Source: the human T2T-CHM13v2.0 reference genome, Homo sapiens
Length of the DNA: 64,000 bases
Direction of reading: 5' to 3'
Assembly: GCA_009914755.4 (NCBI GenBank)
Contig: CP068257.2
Span: 18,368,001-18,432,000, forward strand
Shown: positions 13,661-27,299 of the stretch, one piece after another
Position numbering within the stretch: the first letter of the stretch is position 1
Layout of the letters: each line of letters opens with the position of its first letter
Notes under the pieces: generated by a model
Told to the model about the DNA's origin: nothing
Seen by the model: only the letters and a program-made list of their open reading frames with translations
Databases searched by the model: none
Made by a program: the position numbers and the translations under genes

Positions 13661-13783
13661 AGTTTTCCCAATTAATTTTTCAAATGCTATTTAAGTATAT
13701 AATTCAAAGAACAACTCATTGTGAAAAAAATTATTTTTTATAGTTCATAATTCTAATGATATTAAAAATCTTTATATAAATAT
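13661..13783. repeat. Copy 1 of a direct repeat of about 123 bp; copy 2 is at 15316-15435
   Basis: 'agttttcccaattaatttttcaaatgctatttaagtatataattcaaagaacaactcattgtgaaaaaaattatttttta.agttcataattctaatgatattaaaaatctttatataaa'. Confidence 0.8.
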
Positions 13784-14144
13784 AATATTTAGCTTATAAC
13801 TTGTTTCTGACCAGTACTAGTCCAGTATTACCTTAGAATAACAGATTATCATATTTTTTACACTTTTTATTGAAACTCTTTTTCACTGTGGAGAAATTAT
13901 CTAGTATTATACAAGTTTAATAAAGATGGAGTCCTTTCTCATAATTTAAAAGATTATAAACATTGATTTATTTTATGTGTGTGTTTGTGTATTTGGTGGC
14001 AGGGTATGCACTCGTTTTGTTGTTAGGAATTTTTTTAACTGTTCATTTAGATTACTCTTGAAAATGGAGATATGATATAGGGATAGTCATAATTTAAAGT
14101 TTTTAAAATTATTTTAAAGTTTATGAACATTAGGTGTTTAATTA

Positions 14145-14645
14145 TGAATTTTTTATTATATTTTAAGTTCTGGGGTACATGTGCAGAATGTGCAGGTTGG
14201 TTACATAGGTATACACGTGCCATGGTGGTTTGCTGCACCCACCAACCCGTCATCTACATTAGGTATTTCTCTTAATACTACCCCTCCCCTAGCCCCCCGA
14301 CCCCCAACAGGCCCCCATGTGTGATGTTCCCCTCCCTGTGTCCATGTGTTCTCATTGTTCAACTCCCACCTACAATTGAGAAATTGCGGTGTTCAGTTTT
14401 CTGTTCCTGTGCTACTTTGCTGAGAATGATGGTTTCCAGCTTCATCCATGTCCCTGCAAAGGAGATGAACTTATCCCTTTTTATGGCTGCATAGTATTCC
14501 ATGGTGTATATGTGCCACATTTTCTTTATCCAGTCTATCATTAATGGGCTTTTGGGTTGGTTCCAAGTCTTTGCTATTGTGAACAGTGCTGCAATCCCAT
14601 TACTGGGTATATACCCAAAGAATTATAAATCATTCTACCAGAAAG
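14145..14645 (-). mobile_element. L1PA-type 3'-end insertion, about 500 bp, with a twin-priming-like internal inversion
   Basis: The + strand at 14150-14595 is the reverse complement of the L1 3' terminus: 'ttaagttctggggtacatgtgcagaatgtgcaggttggttacataggtatacacgtgccatggtgg...ccagtctatcattaatgggcttttgggttggttccaagtctttgctattgtgaacagtgctgcaat'. Positions 14596-14645, 'cccattactgggtatatacccaaagaattataaatcattctaccagaaagacgcatgcacacgt', are sense-orientation L1 from the segment immediately upstream. The minus-strand ORF at 14359..14541 translates the L1 ORF2 C-terminus. Confidence 0.85.
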
Positions 14646-14649
14646 ACGC

Positions 14650-15310
14650 ATGCACACGTAGGAATTTTTAATTCATTTCATTAGTTTTTTTTTAACCTTA
14701 TTGATCCATTTATTATTATTTACAAAAGTATCCATCTGTGGAGGGGTTTAATGACTTGAAATTGGAGCATGGTGCAGTAGTTTTACAGACTAAGGATTGT
14801 ATATCTAGAGAGAATTTCCATAAAAAATTCAGAGAAAGGAGAAACACTTACATATACACCAGAGAAGGCATGTAGAGAATTTTGGAACCTTCCAGCAGAA
14901 TGAGTCAAGGACTTACCAACGCCAGGCAGTTACATTGTAACTCAAGGGGAAAAAGGAAGTGTGTGCCCTGAAAGGCACGTTTCTTTATTTTTAATATAAT
15001 TCACTCTTTAAAACAGCTTTATGCTTACAGAAAAATTGAAGAGATGGTACAGAAGGTTCCCATTACCCCACATCCAGTTTCCCCTATTATTCATATTTTA
15101 TATTAATATGGCATATTTGTTATAATTAATAAACCGATATTGATACATTATTATTAAGCTCATAATTTATTTATATTTCCTTTGTTTTTAGTGACTGTCC
15201 CTTTTTTGTTCCAGAATCCCATCTAGGATATCATATCACATTGAGATGTCAAGTTTCCTTTGGCTGTTCTTGGCTGTGGCAGTTTCTCAGACTTCTGTAG
15301 TTTTTGGTGA
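14650..15310. mobile_element. Ancient L1 (L1M-type) 3'UTR-like fragment
   Basis: 'cattaccccacatccagtttcccctattattcatattttatattaatatggcatatttgttataattaataaaccgatattgatacattattattaa...ccagaatcccatctaggatatcatatcacattgagatgtcaagtttcctttggctgttcttggctgtggcagtttctcagacttctgtagttttt' resembles the conserved L1M 3'UTR. Confidence 0.4.
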
Positions 15311-15315
15311 GTAAC

Positions 15316-15435
15316 AGTTTTCCCAATTAATTTTTCAAATGCTATTTATGTACATACTTCAAAGAAAAACCCATTGTGAAAAAATTATCTTTATAATTCA
15401 TAATTCTAATGATATTAAAAATCTTTATATAAAAA
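15316..15435. repeat. Copy 2 of the ~123-bp direct repeat; copy 1 is at 13661-13783
   Basis: 'agttttcccaattaatttttcaaatgctatttatgtacatacttcaaagaaaaacccattgtgaaaaaattatctttataattcataattctaatgatattaaaaatctttatataaaaa', about 88% identical to copy 1. Confidence 0.8.
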
Positions 15436-16049
15436 TTCAGCCCATTTACTTGTCAAGGGGCTTCAGAGGGATAATTAGACATAAACCTGTGGCAATTAGA
15501 TGGTTCCATAGAGCAATACAATTTTATACCTTCTTCTACATGGTCTTAGGCAATATGAAGCAATGTAATAATTTGTGCCTAATGAGCCCTTTATTTATTG
15601 TGCATTTCTGTTCCAATTTTTTTATAAAATTACAATGTTGACTTTCCAAATATATTTTCTTTCAATATATGTATGTATTTTTTATTTCTTTCTTTCGAAA
15701 TCAACGAATATTTTGAGATATGAAGAGTCTTGGAGATCAAAATTCTACTTGCCTTTCCTTCACACCATTTTCCCATAAGGGACAGTTTAACATTTTTGAT
15801 GTTTTGTTTTTAAAAAACTGTAGGATATAGCAGTTAGGAGAAAATATACAATGTTGTGGAATTATTTCTTTCTACCATGAAAATCGCTGTCAGGATGACA
15901 CATAGAACTCATTTGTCCATCAGCAAGCACAAATACATTCACTGCCTGGTATGTGCCAGCAGAGTAAATACATGAAATGAAAATATAAATAGATATGGCC
16001 TCCTTCCAGGGAACACCGCTGTTCTATGATTCACTCCTATGCATTCCAG

Positions 16050-16160
16050 CCACAAATAATTATTTAGCACCTACTCTATGCTAAACTCTCTGACAGGCCT
16101 TAAATATTTAAAGACTTACTGTCCTCAGGGAGCTTGCAACTGGTAGGAAGGACAGAAACT
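16050..16160 (+). mobile_element. Possible MIR/ancient SINE core fragment
   Basis: 'atttagcacctactctatgctaaactctctgacaggcc...cttactgtcctcagggagcttgcaactggtaggaaggacagaaac' resembles 'tattgagcacctactatgtgccaggcactg...ctgccctcatggagcttacattctagtgggggagacagac'. Confidence 0.3.
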
Positions 16161-18502
16161 ATTTCAAATTTTTATATGTCCTATGCAAAAATTTGTATTG
16201 GTCGCTATAGGTATATTGTGGGGGTAGAGGGACTAAATCTGCTCCATAAGACGTGTTTACTCTGCATTCACACCTAGAACTCTAACAATACTAAAAAAAG
16301 ACCATTCCCTTTAAATGCACCCATACATTAAATCTACCTGCCCTTTATGGTTTTGTGCCAGAACTTTTCTGGGAATAAAAATTAAAGTTGTGTGCTTGAA
16401 TTTTGGCCAAGGTGTGATTTTGTGATGCAGATGGCACACTAGTGCAGTAGCCTGGTGTTTATCCTATTGCCATCCAGAAAAATGAGCACAGAAAGAGTAC
16501 ATGAAATCTGATTAGCAAGTCTTCTTTTTATAAGCAGATGTTGTGCCTCATATAAATTATTCTTTTAGATTTTGTAACATATGCCAAAGTATTTATCACA
16601 GATTAACTGCATGAACTTGCCTGCTATTCTCAAACTTTCTGAGTGTGAAAATGAGTGGATGCGTCTTTCACAGTTCTGATCAAAAGATATATAAGAATGA
16701 ATAATTGTAATTCAGACAAGAAAAGTACATTTTGAAAGCTAGTAAAAGATTATATGCAAAAATGAAGCATTTCCTACTTGTTCTGTTATTCTTTTCCTTA
16801 TTGAAAAGCAATTGATGCTGAAAAGTTCTATTTCGAATTATTATACTTCATATTACCAATGCACCTTAACACTAAACGTTTTAAAAGATTTGCTCAAAAT
16901 ATTTCTGTATGTTCTTCTCTTGCTTCGGATTGTCTCACATCTTTCATAAATGAGGTTCTTATTTCCAGATATTTTCTAAAACACTGTGTTTGAAATCATT
17001 ATTTTGTATTGTTGCTTTGTTGAAAATTGTCCATTATGTGATTCCAAATCCAAGAAGGAATTTACTCAGCACCAGATAATTTGAAACATAATAGTAAAAA
17101 AGGGGTTTTAAAAAATAAATTTCTATAATTTCAGTGTTTTGTGTCTCATTTTAAGACATATGGGATTGTGCGTAAGAAAAATAAACTTCCTAGGTCATAA
17201 TTAATATTTTTCCCTCAGTATTATTGATATCAAATTCTTATCTTAAATTTGGTACTTTCAGAATATAAGCACTAAGAGATCCATACAATTTAAAAGAGGA
17301 GGTGGCTATTAACACAAATATTACTTGTTTTGTTGATGTGACTTTTAAGATAACTTCTAATGTTTTGGCTCTGCCAGAACAGACTAATACAAGGAGAAAA
17401 AATATTTTATATTTTCTCATTAATTTATTCTGTAGAGATTCTCTTTATTTTTAAAGAAAGTCAAATGCGAAAAAAATCGATGCCAGAATTATATTGCGTT
17501 CATATAAACCCTGGATCGAGCCTGGTGAGGTTATAGTTACCATGGTAACAGAAGTCGGCTCTTTAAACAGTTTCTATCCTAACTGCTCTTCTACTTATAC
17601 TGAGCGATTTCTTCAAATATAGGACTCATGGGGGTGTAGTTATGAGAAATTTCATTCCCCATAAGGATACATGTCCATATAATTTGTAAGGAGTAACTCT
17701 GGCACACGGAGGTTAATTAGATATAAATGTTACCAACATAACTTTTAAAAGCACTGTATTCCCCCGGTACATAGGCAAGTGTAAAGAAATGTAAAATGAA
17801 GTATCCCAAAAAGGGAACTCAGATGACACCGGAACTAATATAAGTATATTTCATATTTATGAATAAATATGGAAATATCTTTCAGAAAGTGTGAGGATAA
17901 GAAAATTTATTTTATATGTTGAACTTCTGCAGGTTGAAATGGGTGCATTACTTTTAGTAAATTGCTTCAAAGAGACATAGCAGTGATTTTTCTTTTACAA
18001 TGTTTAGACACATTGAACTAAATAAGGTTTAAATCTGTATCTACACAGACACATACACACACATATATAATTAAAGTGATAATTCTTCACACAACATGTT
18101 CATTGTCCGCCCCCCAAATTTTTAAAATATTGACAGACTAACTATATTACAACTTTACATTTTGATATTTTTATTTTGTTTTTTCTATAATTTCAAGAAA
18201 ATCTTGGTTTCAGCTATCTCTTTCCATTTATACATAATGATGCTGCTGTTAAGCCACCTTGCTATGGCTATTTTCCACTCCTAGTTTTACTTGACCAGTT
18301 GGTTAAACATAAAACTTTCCTATAAAAAAGACAATGGATCTTGAATCATAAATCTCTTACTACCTACGTGAGTTGAGACACTCAAACTTTCTGATGTTTA
18401 ATTTCTTAAGCTCCGGCACTGTGACTATAATCATTGCTAACCCTTTTGTTTTATTTTTAATATATGTCAACTAAAAATAAATACGTCAGATGTATTATTG
18501 AT

Positions 18503-18902
18503 CAGTTTCGGCTGCCATAGCAAAATACCACAGACTGAATGACTTAAACAACAGAAATGTATTTCTTCGCAGTTTTGGAGGCTGGAAGTCTAATGTCAAT
18601 CACAAGGTGCCAGCTGAGTTGGGGTCTGATGAGGCCTGTCTTTCGGGCTTATAGATGGCTGCCTTCTTGCTCTGTGCTCCCATGCCTGTTTTTCTGTGCA
18701 TGTGTGATGAGAGAGAGAGAGATCTCTGCTATGCCTTCCTCTTCTTCTAAGGATACTTGTTTTATAAGATGAAGATCTTACTCTATAACCCTATGTAACT
18801 TTTATTATCTCCTTATAGGTTTATCTCAAAATATAGTCATATTACAGTTTAGGGATGGAGCACACAAAATTTGGAGGGACAAAATTCAGTTCATACCAAC
18901 AG
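18503..18902 (-). mobile_element. MLT1-family MaLR solo LTR
   Basis: 'tcagtttcggctgccatagcaaaataccacagactgaatgacttaaacaacagaaatgtatttcttcgcagttttggaggctggaagtctaatgtcaatcacaaggtgccagc...' is the reverse complement of MLT1. It ends '...tggagggacaaaattcagttcataccaacag'. Confidence 0.65.
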
Positions 18903-19660
18903 AGTTTTGCAAACTATAAATTACAGAATATATATAGATGACAGTATTTCTGTTTTTCACTTATTATAGGAATATCCTCCTTAGAAAATTACTGAAACTA
19001 ACTACACTATAAAATGTAATACACTATATACACAACTTTGTTTTTAATATATATTCTGATCAACTAAATAGACTAGATCTGTTTCAACAAAGAAAAATAG
19101 AAACAGGTTTCTTTAAATGTCTCTGGCAATAGTGCTGCTTTATCATTTTAGAAGGATGGTATTTCTCAGTTAATTTTTCCCTTAATTATTAGCTGAGTTA
19201 TACTCAGTAATTACAATGAGTTATATCATCAGTAGTTCCTGTCTCTTCTGGCTTAAGTGACACTCATGTTTCACATTCAATGCATAGTGTGGATTCACAG
19301 TCATCATCCTTTTTTTTTTCTTTTACTGAGTTGTGTTACACAGTAGCTCATGAAACAGAAAGTAATTTGTTTTTAAGTATAGCTAGGGAAGATATGTGTC
19401 ATAGGGTATAAGGGAGCAAAAACAAATTGCTACGCGGTCTCTGCTTTGGGGCTAACACTCTCCATCCTGCATCACTGGAGTAAAAAGAATGGTTGCCAAG
19501 GCATCAAAGTCTGGAAGGTTTCCATGATAATCCTTCCTCACAGAGGTAAACTTGTCATTTAGAGACACATTTTAAATGGGATGTAGAATTCTACACTAGA
19601 TAAAAACCAGTTTTAGGTATAAGACTTCTATTTTTTGTCACCCGTCTCTATAAATATTTT

Positions 19661-19760
19661 CGAAAGAAAGAAAGAAAAGAAGGAAAGAAAGAAAGAAAGG
19701 GAGGAAAGAAAGAAAGAAAGGAAGGAAGAAAGGAAGAAAGAAAGAAAGAAAGAAAGAAAG

Positions 19761-19799
<39 letters not shown>

Positions 19800-19801
19800 A
19801 A
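19661..19801. repeat. Long compound (AAAG)n/(GAAA)n tetranucleotide STR with AAGG and GAGG interruptions, about 140 bp
   Basis: Read directly. ORFs on both strands at 19635-19848 are translations of the repeat (KERK / FLSF). Confidence 0.95.
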
Positions 19802-20406
19802 ACCCAACCATGTATTTGTGTAGAAATATCAACTCGGTGGAGTGACACTGTTTTAAATACCTGTGACCTTGAGAAAATGCCTTTCTTACCCTTGAGAAGT
19901 CAATCTAAGGAGGATGCAGCAATTGGCATGACATGAGTAACCTGCCACATGACAGAAACTTGATGACGATAAATGACTATGGAAAAAATTAATTTGAGGA
20001 GTAATGAATCATCAAAAACTTTACATCGGAAGGCAAAGACCGTATCCTTGTAAGTCCTTTGGAAAGTTATGAGTACAAGTTACAAGTATAAGTGAACCTT
20101 TTGGTATGAAATGAATAAAAAGACATAAATGAATGAATAAATAAAAGCATGCAAGATAGAGTTTATCTTGTTTTGTCATATCATTAATGTCTTTCTAGTC
20201 AATGTTTTAATTAAGAAGGAATAAATTATCATAGAACAAACCACATCATTTTTCTTTTCTAATTTTTTTCCATTTCATCTTTTTTTTAATTTTTTATAAG
20301 TAAGCTTTAGTATGTATGAACTTGATTTCACATACAAACTTAGAACGGCAATTTCACTTAAAATTAACTCATTAAAAAGTATAACTACCACAGTATGGAT
20401 ATGTAT

Positions 20407-20691
20407 CACTGGGCCAGGGGATGCTCAGATGTTTTGTTAAACATTATTTCTGGGTGGTCTGTGAGGGGGTTTGCAGAAGAAATCAGCATTTAAATTGGTG
20501 CGCTCAATAAAGTAAATGGTCCTTCCCAATGTAGGTAGACATCATTCAATCTATTGATAGTCTGAAATAGAAGAAGACGATGGAGAAAGGTTGAATTCTC
20601 CCTCTCTGCATGACAGTATGAGCTGGAAAACTGATCTTTCCCTGCCCTTGGAGCTCCTGGTTCTCAGACCTTCAGACTGGAACTGTCACAG
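20407..20691 (+). mobile_element. 285-bp fragment of an ERV-type LTR, family unresolved; near-identical duplicate of 22797-23081
   Basis: 'cactgggccaggggatgctcagatgttttgttaaacattatttctgggtggtctgtgagggggtttgcagaagaaatcagcatttaaattgg...ggagctcctggttctcagaccttcagactggaactgtcacag'. There are 3-4 mismatches against the copy at 22797. Confidence 0.6.
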
Positions 20692-20912
20692 TTCCCAAAC
20701 TCCAAACTCCAAAAGGTAGTGAAACTGGTGACAAATATTGCTATTCATCTTTTGATGGATTATAACAACAGCATTTATGAAACTGGTTCCCAGACAAGTA
20801 TATACCACTCGCTCCTGTGCCTTAGGGAAAAGAGATGTCATAACAAAGGCATTATTGATGCAGTAATTCATGGACAGTTTTTTTCTCATTAACACTGCTA
20901 AAATTACGTTCA

Positions 20913-21023
<111 letters not shown>

Positions 21024-22771
21024 TTATTGAGGAACATATTAAGACATGATAGAAAGAGGCAAGAAGATAAAAGCATCCTATGAATTCAAAACTGAAATGG
21101 AAAGAGGGGAAAGTTCTCTTTCACATTGTACCATGTTAACAGATCCTTTATTTAAATTGTCCAGCTTTTGGTTGTTTGTATCATTCTCCGTATGTAACAT
21201 TCCAAACACTTGGGAGGGTTAGCCTGCTCTGTATTTGTCTGCAAGCCTGGCTTTTCACTCAGACCATGGTTGTTTTATAGCATTTGGTTTATGCATTTTT
21301 AAATGTTTTTGGATGTTTCATTGTTTAGTCAGCAGGTTGGTAGCGAAAAAAATAGAAAAAAACCATATGCTCCCTGAACTGAGAGAGCATTTTGGAAGAA
21401 GTCAAAATAGGGCAACAATATGTTTTAAATTGATTTCAAATTATAATGTCTTTGGAAAATAATATAAAACCTCCCCAAAGTGAGAAATCTTATGGCAAAT
21501 TTATATTTTCAAATGAAATGTGACTGTAATCATACCTTTAAAAAATAATTATTTTTTTTTACCAAATGTTGTATCTACATAGACTTTGTTTTCATGGAAT
21601 AATAATCATATCAATCTATATGATAAAACACATTACAGGCAGTCATTTATATGGTAATTTGGTTTTTAGGACCAAAAAAATGGTTTATATGCAAAACCAT
21701 TTTGACCTTGAAAAAATAGCATCTTTTGATATATTTTGTCTAAAACTTTAAAATAATATTAATAAATCACTACAATTATTTTTGTGCTAAACGTAAATGC
21801 TGAACATCCAAACTTGATAGGCATATTTAAATATTGCAAGAATTATTTATATATAAAAACTATTTTAAAAATATAAATCTAAATATATGTGTGAAATAAT
21901 GGCACATAATAGATATTTTCCAGCCTGGCACTTTAACCATAAATTTCTTCTAAAACAACTTAGCCCATGCATACTCTAATACAGACGTCACATCCTTTTC
22001 TTACTTCTTCACTATAAATGTTATATGTAAAATACAAAGAAATTGTCTCTTTTGATTAAATTTTGGCCGTATAGTTGAAATGTTGTCTCTATTAGCAGAG
22101 AGTTCTGCTAAAAACAACTATGATATCTGGCAGGTGGATGTCCAGTGATAACTTTTATGCACCAAAACTTTGATTTCACCTTGATGTAGCTCTGTGGATC
22201 CAGTACAAAAAAGAATATCATCTTTGAACCTACTAGTGAATATTTCAGTTCCCCAGTTGGAATGGAAATATTCTCAGAAATCCATCTCAATTGGAGCCCT
22301 GAAATAATTTTAGAATCTGCTCTCAGGATACACCATCTTCCTTAAAATCAAATTCCTGTTAGTCTCTGGCTATAGAATTGCTCTAAACTGAACAACATAA
22401 AGTCAGTCCTAGATAAATCACTGGCCTTTTTCATCCTAAGAGCATTATCCCTTTAATTCTGGTATCTGCCACCAGGTAGCAATATTATGAGTAGATTATG
22501 AATATTCAGCATCCACACTGGACATAGATATCTGAAAAAGGTTTAAACGACAATTTAATCATTTAGGTATTCATTCTTAAATTAATATAAAATTAAGTGA
22601 CTATTCTTACATCAGAGTTATTATCTTAGTTTCAATAACCTCAGCATCTTAGATACTGGCTAACAACATATAGTACACAATCCACATCAATAATTATTGA
22701 AGGAGGTAATTAACAAGATTCAAAAAATAAAATACCCCTTGAAGCAAAATATAAGGAAATAAATAATGCAA

Positions 22772-23081
22772 TAGTTAATTTTATATATCAACTTCACTGG
22801 GCCAGGGGATGCTCAGATGTTTTGTTAAACATTATTTCTGGGTGGTCTGTGAGGGGGTTTGCAGAAGAAATCAGCATTTAAATTGGTGCGCTCAATAAAG
22901 TAAATGGTCCTTCCCCATGTAGGTAGACATCATTCAATCTATTGATAGTCTGAAATAGAAGAAGAAGATGGAGAAAGGTTGAATTCTCTCTCTCTCTGCA
23001 TGACAGTATGAGCTGGAAAACTGATCTTTCCCTGCCCTTGGAGCTCCTGGTTCTCAGACCTTCAGACTGGAACTGTCACAG
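22772..23081 (+). mobile_element. 5' portion of an ERV-type LTR, family unresolved, truncated by a nested GC-rich insert
   Basis: Starts 'tagttaattttatatatcaacttcactgggccaggggatgctcag', the same start as the LTR at 49809 ('tggttaattttgtgttaaacttgactgagcc'). The 3' part of the LTR resumes at 25057. Confidence 0.6.
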
Positions 23082-23522
23082 GATGCTTGGGGTGTTGCTT
23101 CGCCAGCTGGAAACCTCTGTAGCCAGTGGTGCCTTTGCCCAATTTTTGCTTGGCCCACTGAGCTTGTTCCACCCACTCAGCCTGGCAGGCTGTGCTTGGC
23201 TGGCACTACCAGGTTGGATAACATGCCTGCCAAGGGTGAGCAAGCTTGGGATCTGGCCACTGCGCACAGCCAGGCACTCTGGCTGTGGTGGGGCAGGCAG
23301 CTCCAGGCTCCAGCATGGGTGCTGGCTCACTGCGAGGCTGCAGCTGGACCAGGCGTACCACAAGCAACTTCCACAGTTGGCATCAAGGGCACACAGTGGT
23401 GCCCAGAAGCATGGAGATGCCAGGAACCATAGAGCTACAAAGAGTGTGTCACAGCCTGGCTTGGGGAGCTTCTAAGTCTGGCCTCCCCAATGGGACCCAA
23501 TTGCTGTTCTCTCCTTCTGTCT

Positions 23523-24235
<713 letters not shown>

Positions 24236-25056
24236 AGTCTGGGGGTTTCTAAGGGCTTCAGAGGGGAGAAAGTGTGTGCTTATTGGTCCATAGGTGGCCA
24301 TGGGTGGGCCCAGAAAAGGCACCACCACTTCCTACTCCAGTCTGCAGGGCTGGCAGCCTGGTCCCCAGGCTTCAGGCCTTCCCTAGCTTGAAGGTGAGGT
24401 TTCACAGGGAAACTGCCCCGCTCTGGCCTGCAGTCTGTCTGCCTCCTGACACTGTTCATGGTGCCCAGGCTGTTCATGCTGAGGGGTACCTGCAGGCCAG
24501 TGCCAAGCTGCCCTCAGCATCCCCCTGGCTTCCCTCCCATGCTCGTTGGCACGGAAAGTACAGAGTCAGTGCTGCCCCAAGCATGTGCACATTGGGCCAG
24601 GTTGTGACAGCACCCAGTCTCGGCCTCAACTTTGCTCAGATAGGAGCAGGCTCTGGGAGTGGGGAGAGGCCAGGCAGCAGGAACATGCACTTCTGAGCCC
24701 CCTGAGAGTGCAGAGATGCCTGGGTCTGCAGCTGTGGCTTGGGCAGCTGCAGCTGCACTTGGGATGATGGGGCTCCTGCCTGCTCCCAGCTCCCAAGAGC
24801 ATAGGGAGGCCCAGGTCAACAGCTGTAGCTGGGTGGCTGCAGCTGTACCTGGGGAACGTGAAGTTCCCACCATGCCAATTCAGAAGCGGGCAGGGCTTTT
24901 GCCTGTTTCCAGCTCCCACTGTCTCCCTGCAGCACGCAGCACCGGCTGCACCTCCTCCACTGCTGCCAGCGTCATGGCAGCAGCTACTCAAGGTGGGTCG
25001 TCACTGCCATCAGAACTAGAATCTATGCAATCAGCTCTCTGGGTCCCAGGTCTTCT

Positions 25057-25224
25057 AACTGCACCACAGGCTTTCCTGGGTCTTCAGTATTTGAACTGCA
25101 CATCATGAGACTTCTCAACTTCATAACTGCATGGGCAAATTCTATATAATCAATCTCATCATATATACTTGTGTGTATATATATTCTATTGGTTCTGTTT
25201 CTGTGAAGAATCTTGACTAATACA
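25057..25224 (+). mobile_element. 3' portion of the same ERV-type LTR
   Basis: 'aactgcaccacaggctttcctgggtcttcagtatttgaactgcacatcatgagacttctcaacttcataactgcatgggcaaattctatataatcaatctc...tattctattggttctgtttctgtgaagaatcttgactaataca' parallels the 3' end of the LTR at 50560-50745. Confidence 0.55.
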
Positions 25225-26794
25225 AATAATTTTGATATTATCAATGTTTTCTTTTCTATCCTTTGTTTATCCTCAGCATTGCACATTTCTCTATTATACC
25301 TATGGCTCCTTTTCCAGAAAGGTGGCCTGGCAATTTGACTTTTCCACAAAAATGGATTCTATATATTCCATTAAAAATTATTATCAAATGATGTCATAGG
25401 ATCGATGTATAATATGTATTTTCCTTTGTCATAATTCACACATTGGTTTGCTGATTTTCTCAGCTTCTATTTTTACAAGTATTGAACTCTAATTAGATTA
25501 CTTTGATATTGTCTGATGGAGTTACTTTGGGGTATTTTAAACTTAGTTATAAATACTCCTTGTTGCTTTCTGCTGTACTTACTCTTTAGTTAAGTTAGAG
25601 ATAAATATTTTCTTTACTAGAAATTTTATAAGTATACTAATTTAAAATACATATATTCCAAGGGATTTTTTGAGTGTTCATATTATATCAATACATTTAA
25701 CAAATATTCAGAGAAAAGGTACTACATATGATGGCTCATACATGCATATAATGTGTAACGCAAAGTAAACATATAATATGTTTTGTAGGTTTTGGAGAAA
25801 AATTGTTGAGGACAATGAATACATACCCCTACTTCATGGACTAGGTGAGGGGGGGAATATTTTAAAAGTGCATTTGGAGTGTGTACAGAATTTAGCTTTA
25901 GCCACAAAAAGTATTTGGTGACACATTTGCTCTCTGTCTATTATGAATAAAATAAAATAAAACTGAGCAAAATATGAAGCAACCAATTTCAGACAAGTAA
26001 CATAGACCTGTGCTCACTGAAAAAACAAAACTTGATGATGTGAGATGCAGGCTCACCTGGGCTCCTAAAAGGGTAAGGTGGAGCCCAAGCATCGTACAGT
26101 GGTCTCACTGAGTTCTGCAGGCATAATGGGCAGTTGGAAGCAGCTTAATTTGCTAGAATTTGCATACCAGCCTGGAGAAAATGGAGCTGAGTGAGTTTTG
26201 GGAGGCAGAATTCTGTACTAGTCTCCTGTTGGTCCATGTTTACATTCACTCTGAGACCTCACAACACATAGCAGAGAGCAGCTCCTATGAGATTTAGAAA
26301 TGAATGGTCATGCACTTTAGAAAAATGCTGAAATTCTAGATTATCCAGAATGGAAAAACTTCACAGGGGATGTAAGAAATTCAGCTGAGCCTCTAGAAAG
26401 ACCATGATTTAGGAGAAAAAAAACAATAAGTAAATGCTACACCTTAGGAATGAAGTTAGGAAATAGACCTGCTCTAAAAATAAGATCAAGCCTCATAGAA
26501 TAAAAACGATCCAGCAGGAATTTAGCTGTCTGAAAGATCAAAAGTAATTACCCTCTAAAGGAAGACAAATGTATGCAATCTGTCAATCAACCACCAGGAC
26601 CAGTATACAAACAACACATACAAAAAAGTAGAAAATGTTGATCACTAGTTTTAATAGTTGTTATTTAGCTTCCTAGTTATTATCCATATACATAATTATG
26701 TCATTTGCAAATAGGGGAGTTTAATTTCTCTCTCTTTTCTCTAATTTTTACAACTTTTTCATGCCTTATTGAATGGGTTAAATGATATATATTC

Positions 26795-27070
<276 letters not shown>

Positions 27071-27185
27071 ATATATACTGTATTCTTTTTCCTTAGATCG
27101 AGTTTTTTGAAGAACATTTGTATCAGTGTAGCAACCATTAAATGCAATTCATAGAGGTATAGGTAAACATCCTTTAAATAGAATT

Positions 27186-27290
27186 ATCTATCTATATGTA
27201 TATGTCTGTCTACGTATCCGTATCTATCTATCTATCTATCTATCAATCTATCTATCTATCTATCTTCTATCTGTCATTCTATATATCTAA
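27186..27290. repeat. (TATC)n/(GATA)n tetranucleotide STR, imperfect
   Basis: 'tatctatctatctatctatcaatctatctatctatctatcttctatctgtc'. Confidence 0.9.
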
Positions 27291-27299
27291 ATATCCCAA

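Noticed and set aside
19635-19848. ORFs encoding KERK-repeat or FLSF-repeat peptides
   Set aside because: They are direct translations of the (AAAG)n/(CTTT)n microsatellite.
24274-25108. A cluster of overlapping 120-150-aa ORFs on both strands at 24.3-25.1 kb
   Set aside because: They lie entirely within the GC-rich, CpG-depleted repeat block. High GC reduces stop-codon frequency, and ORFs overlapping on both strands are typical of chance. The peptides are low-complexity, rich in A, G, S, P and L.
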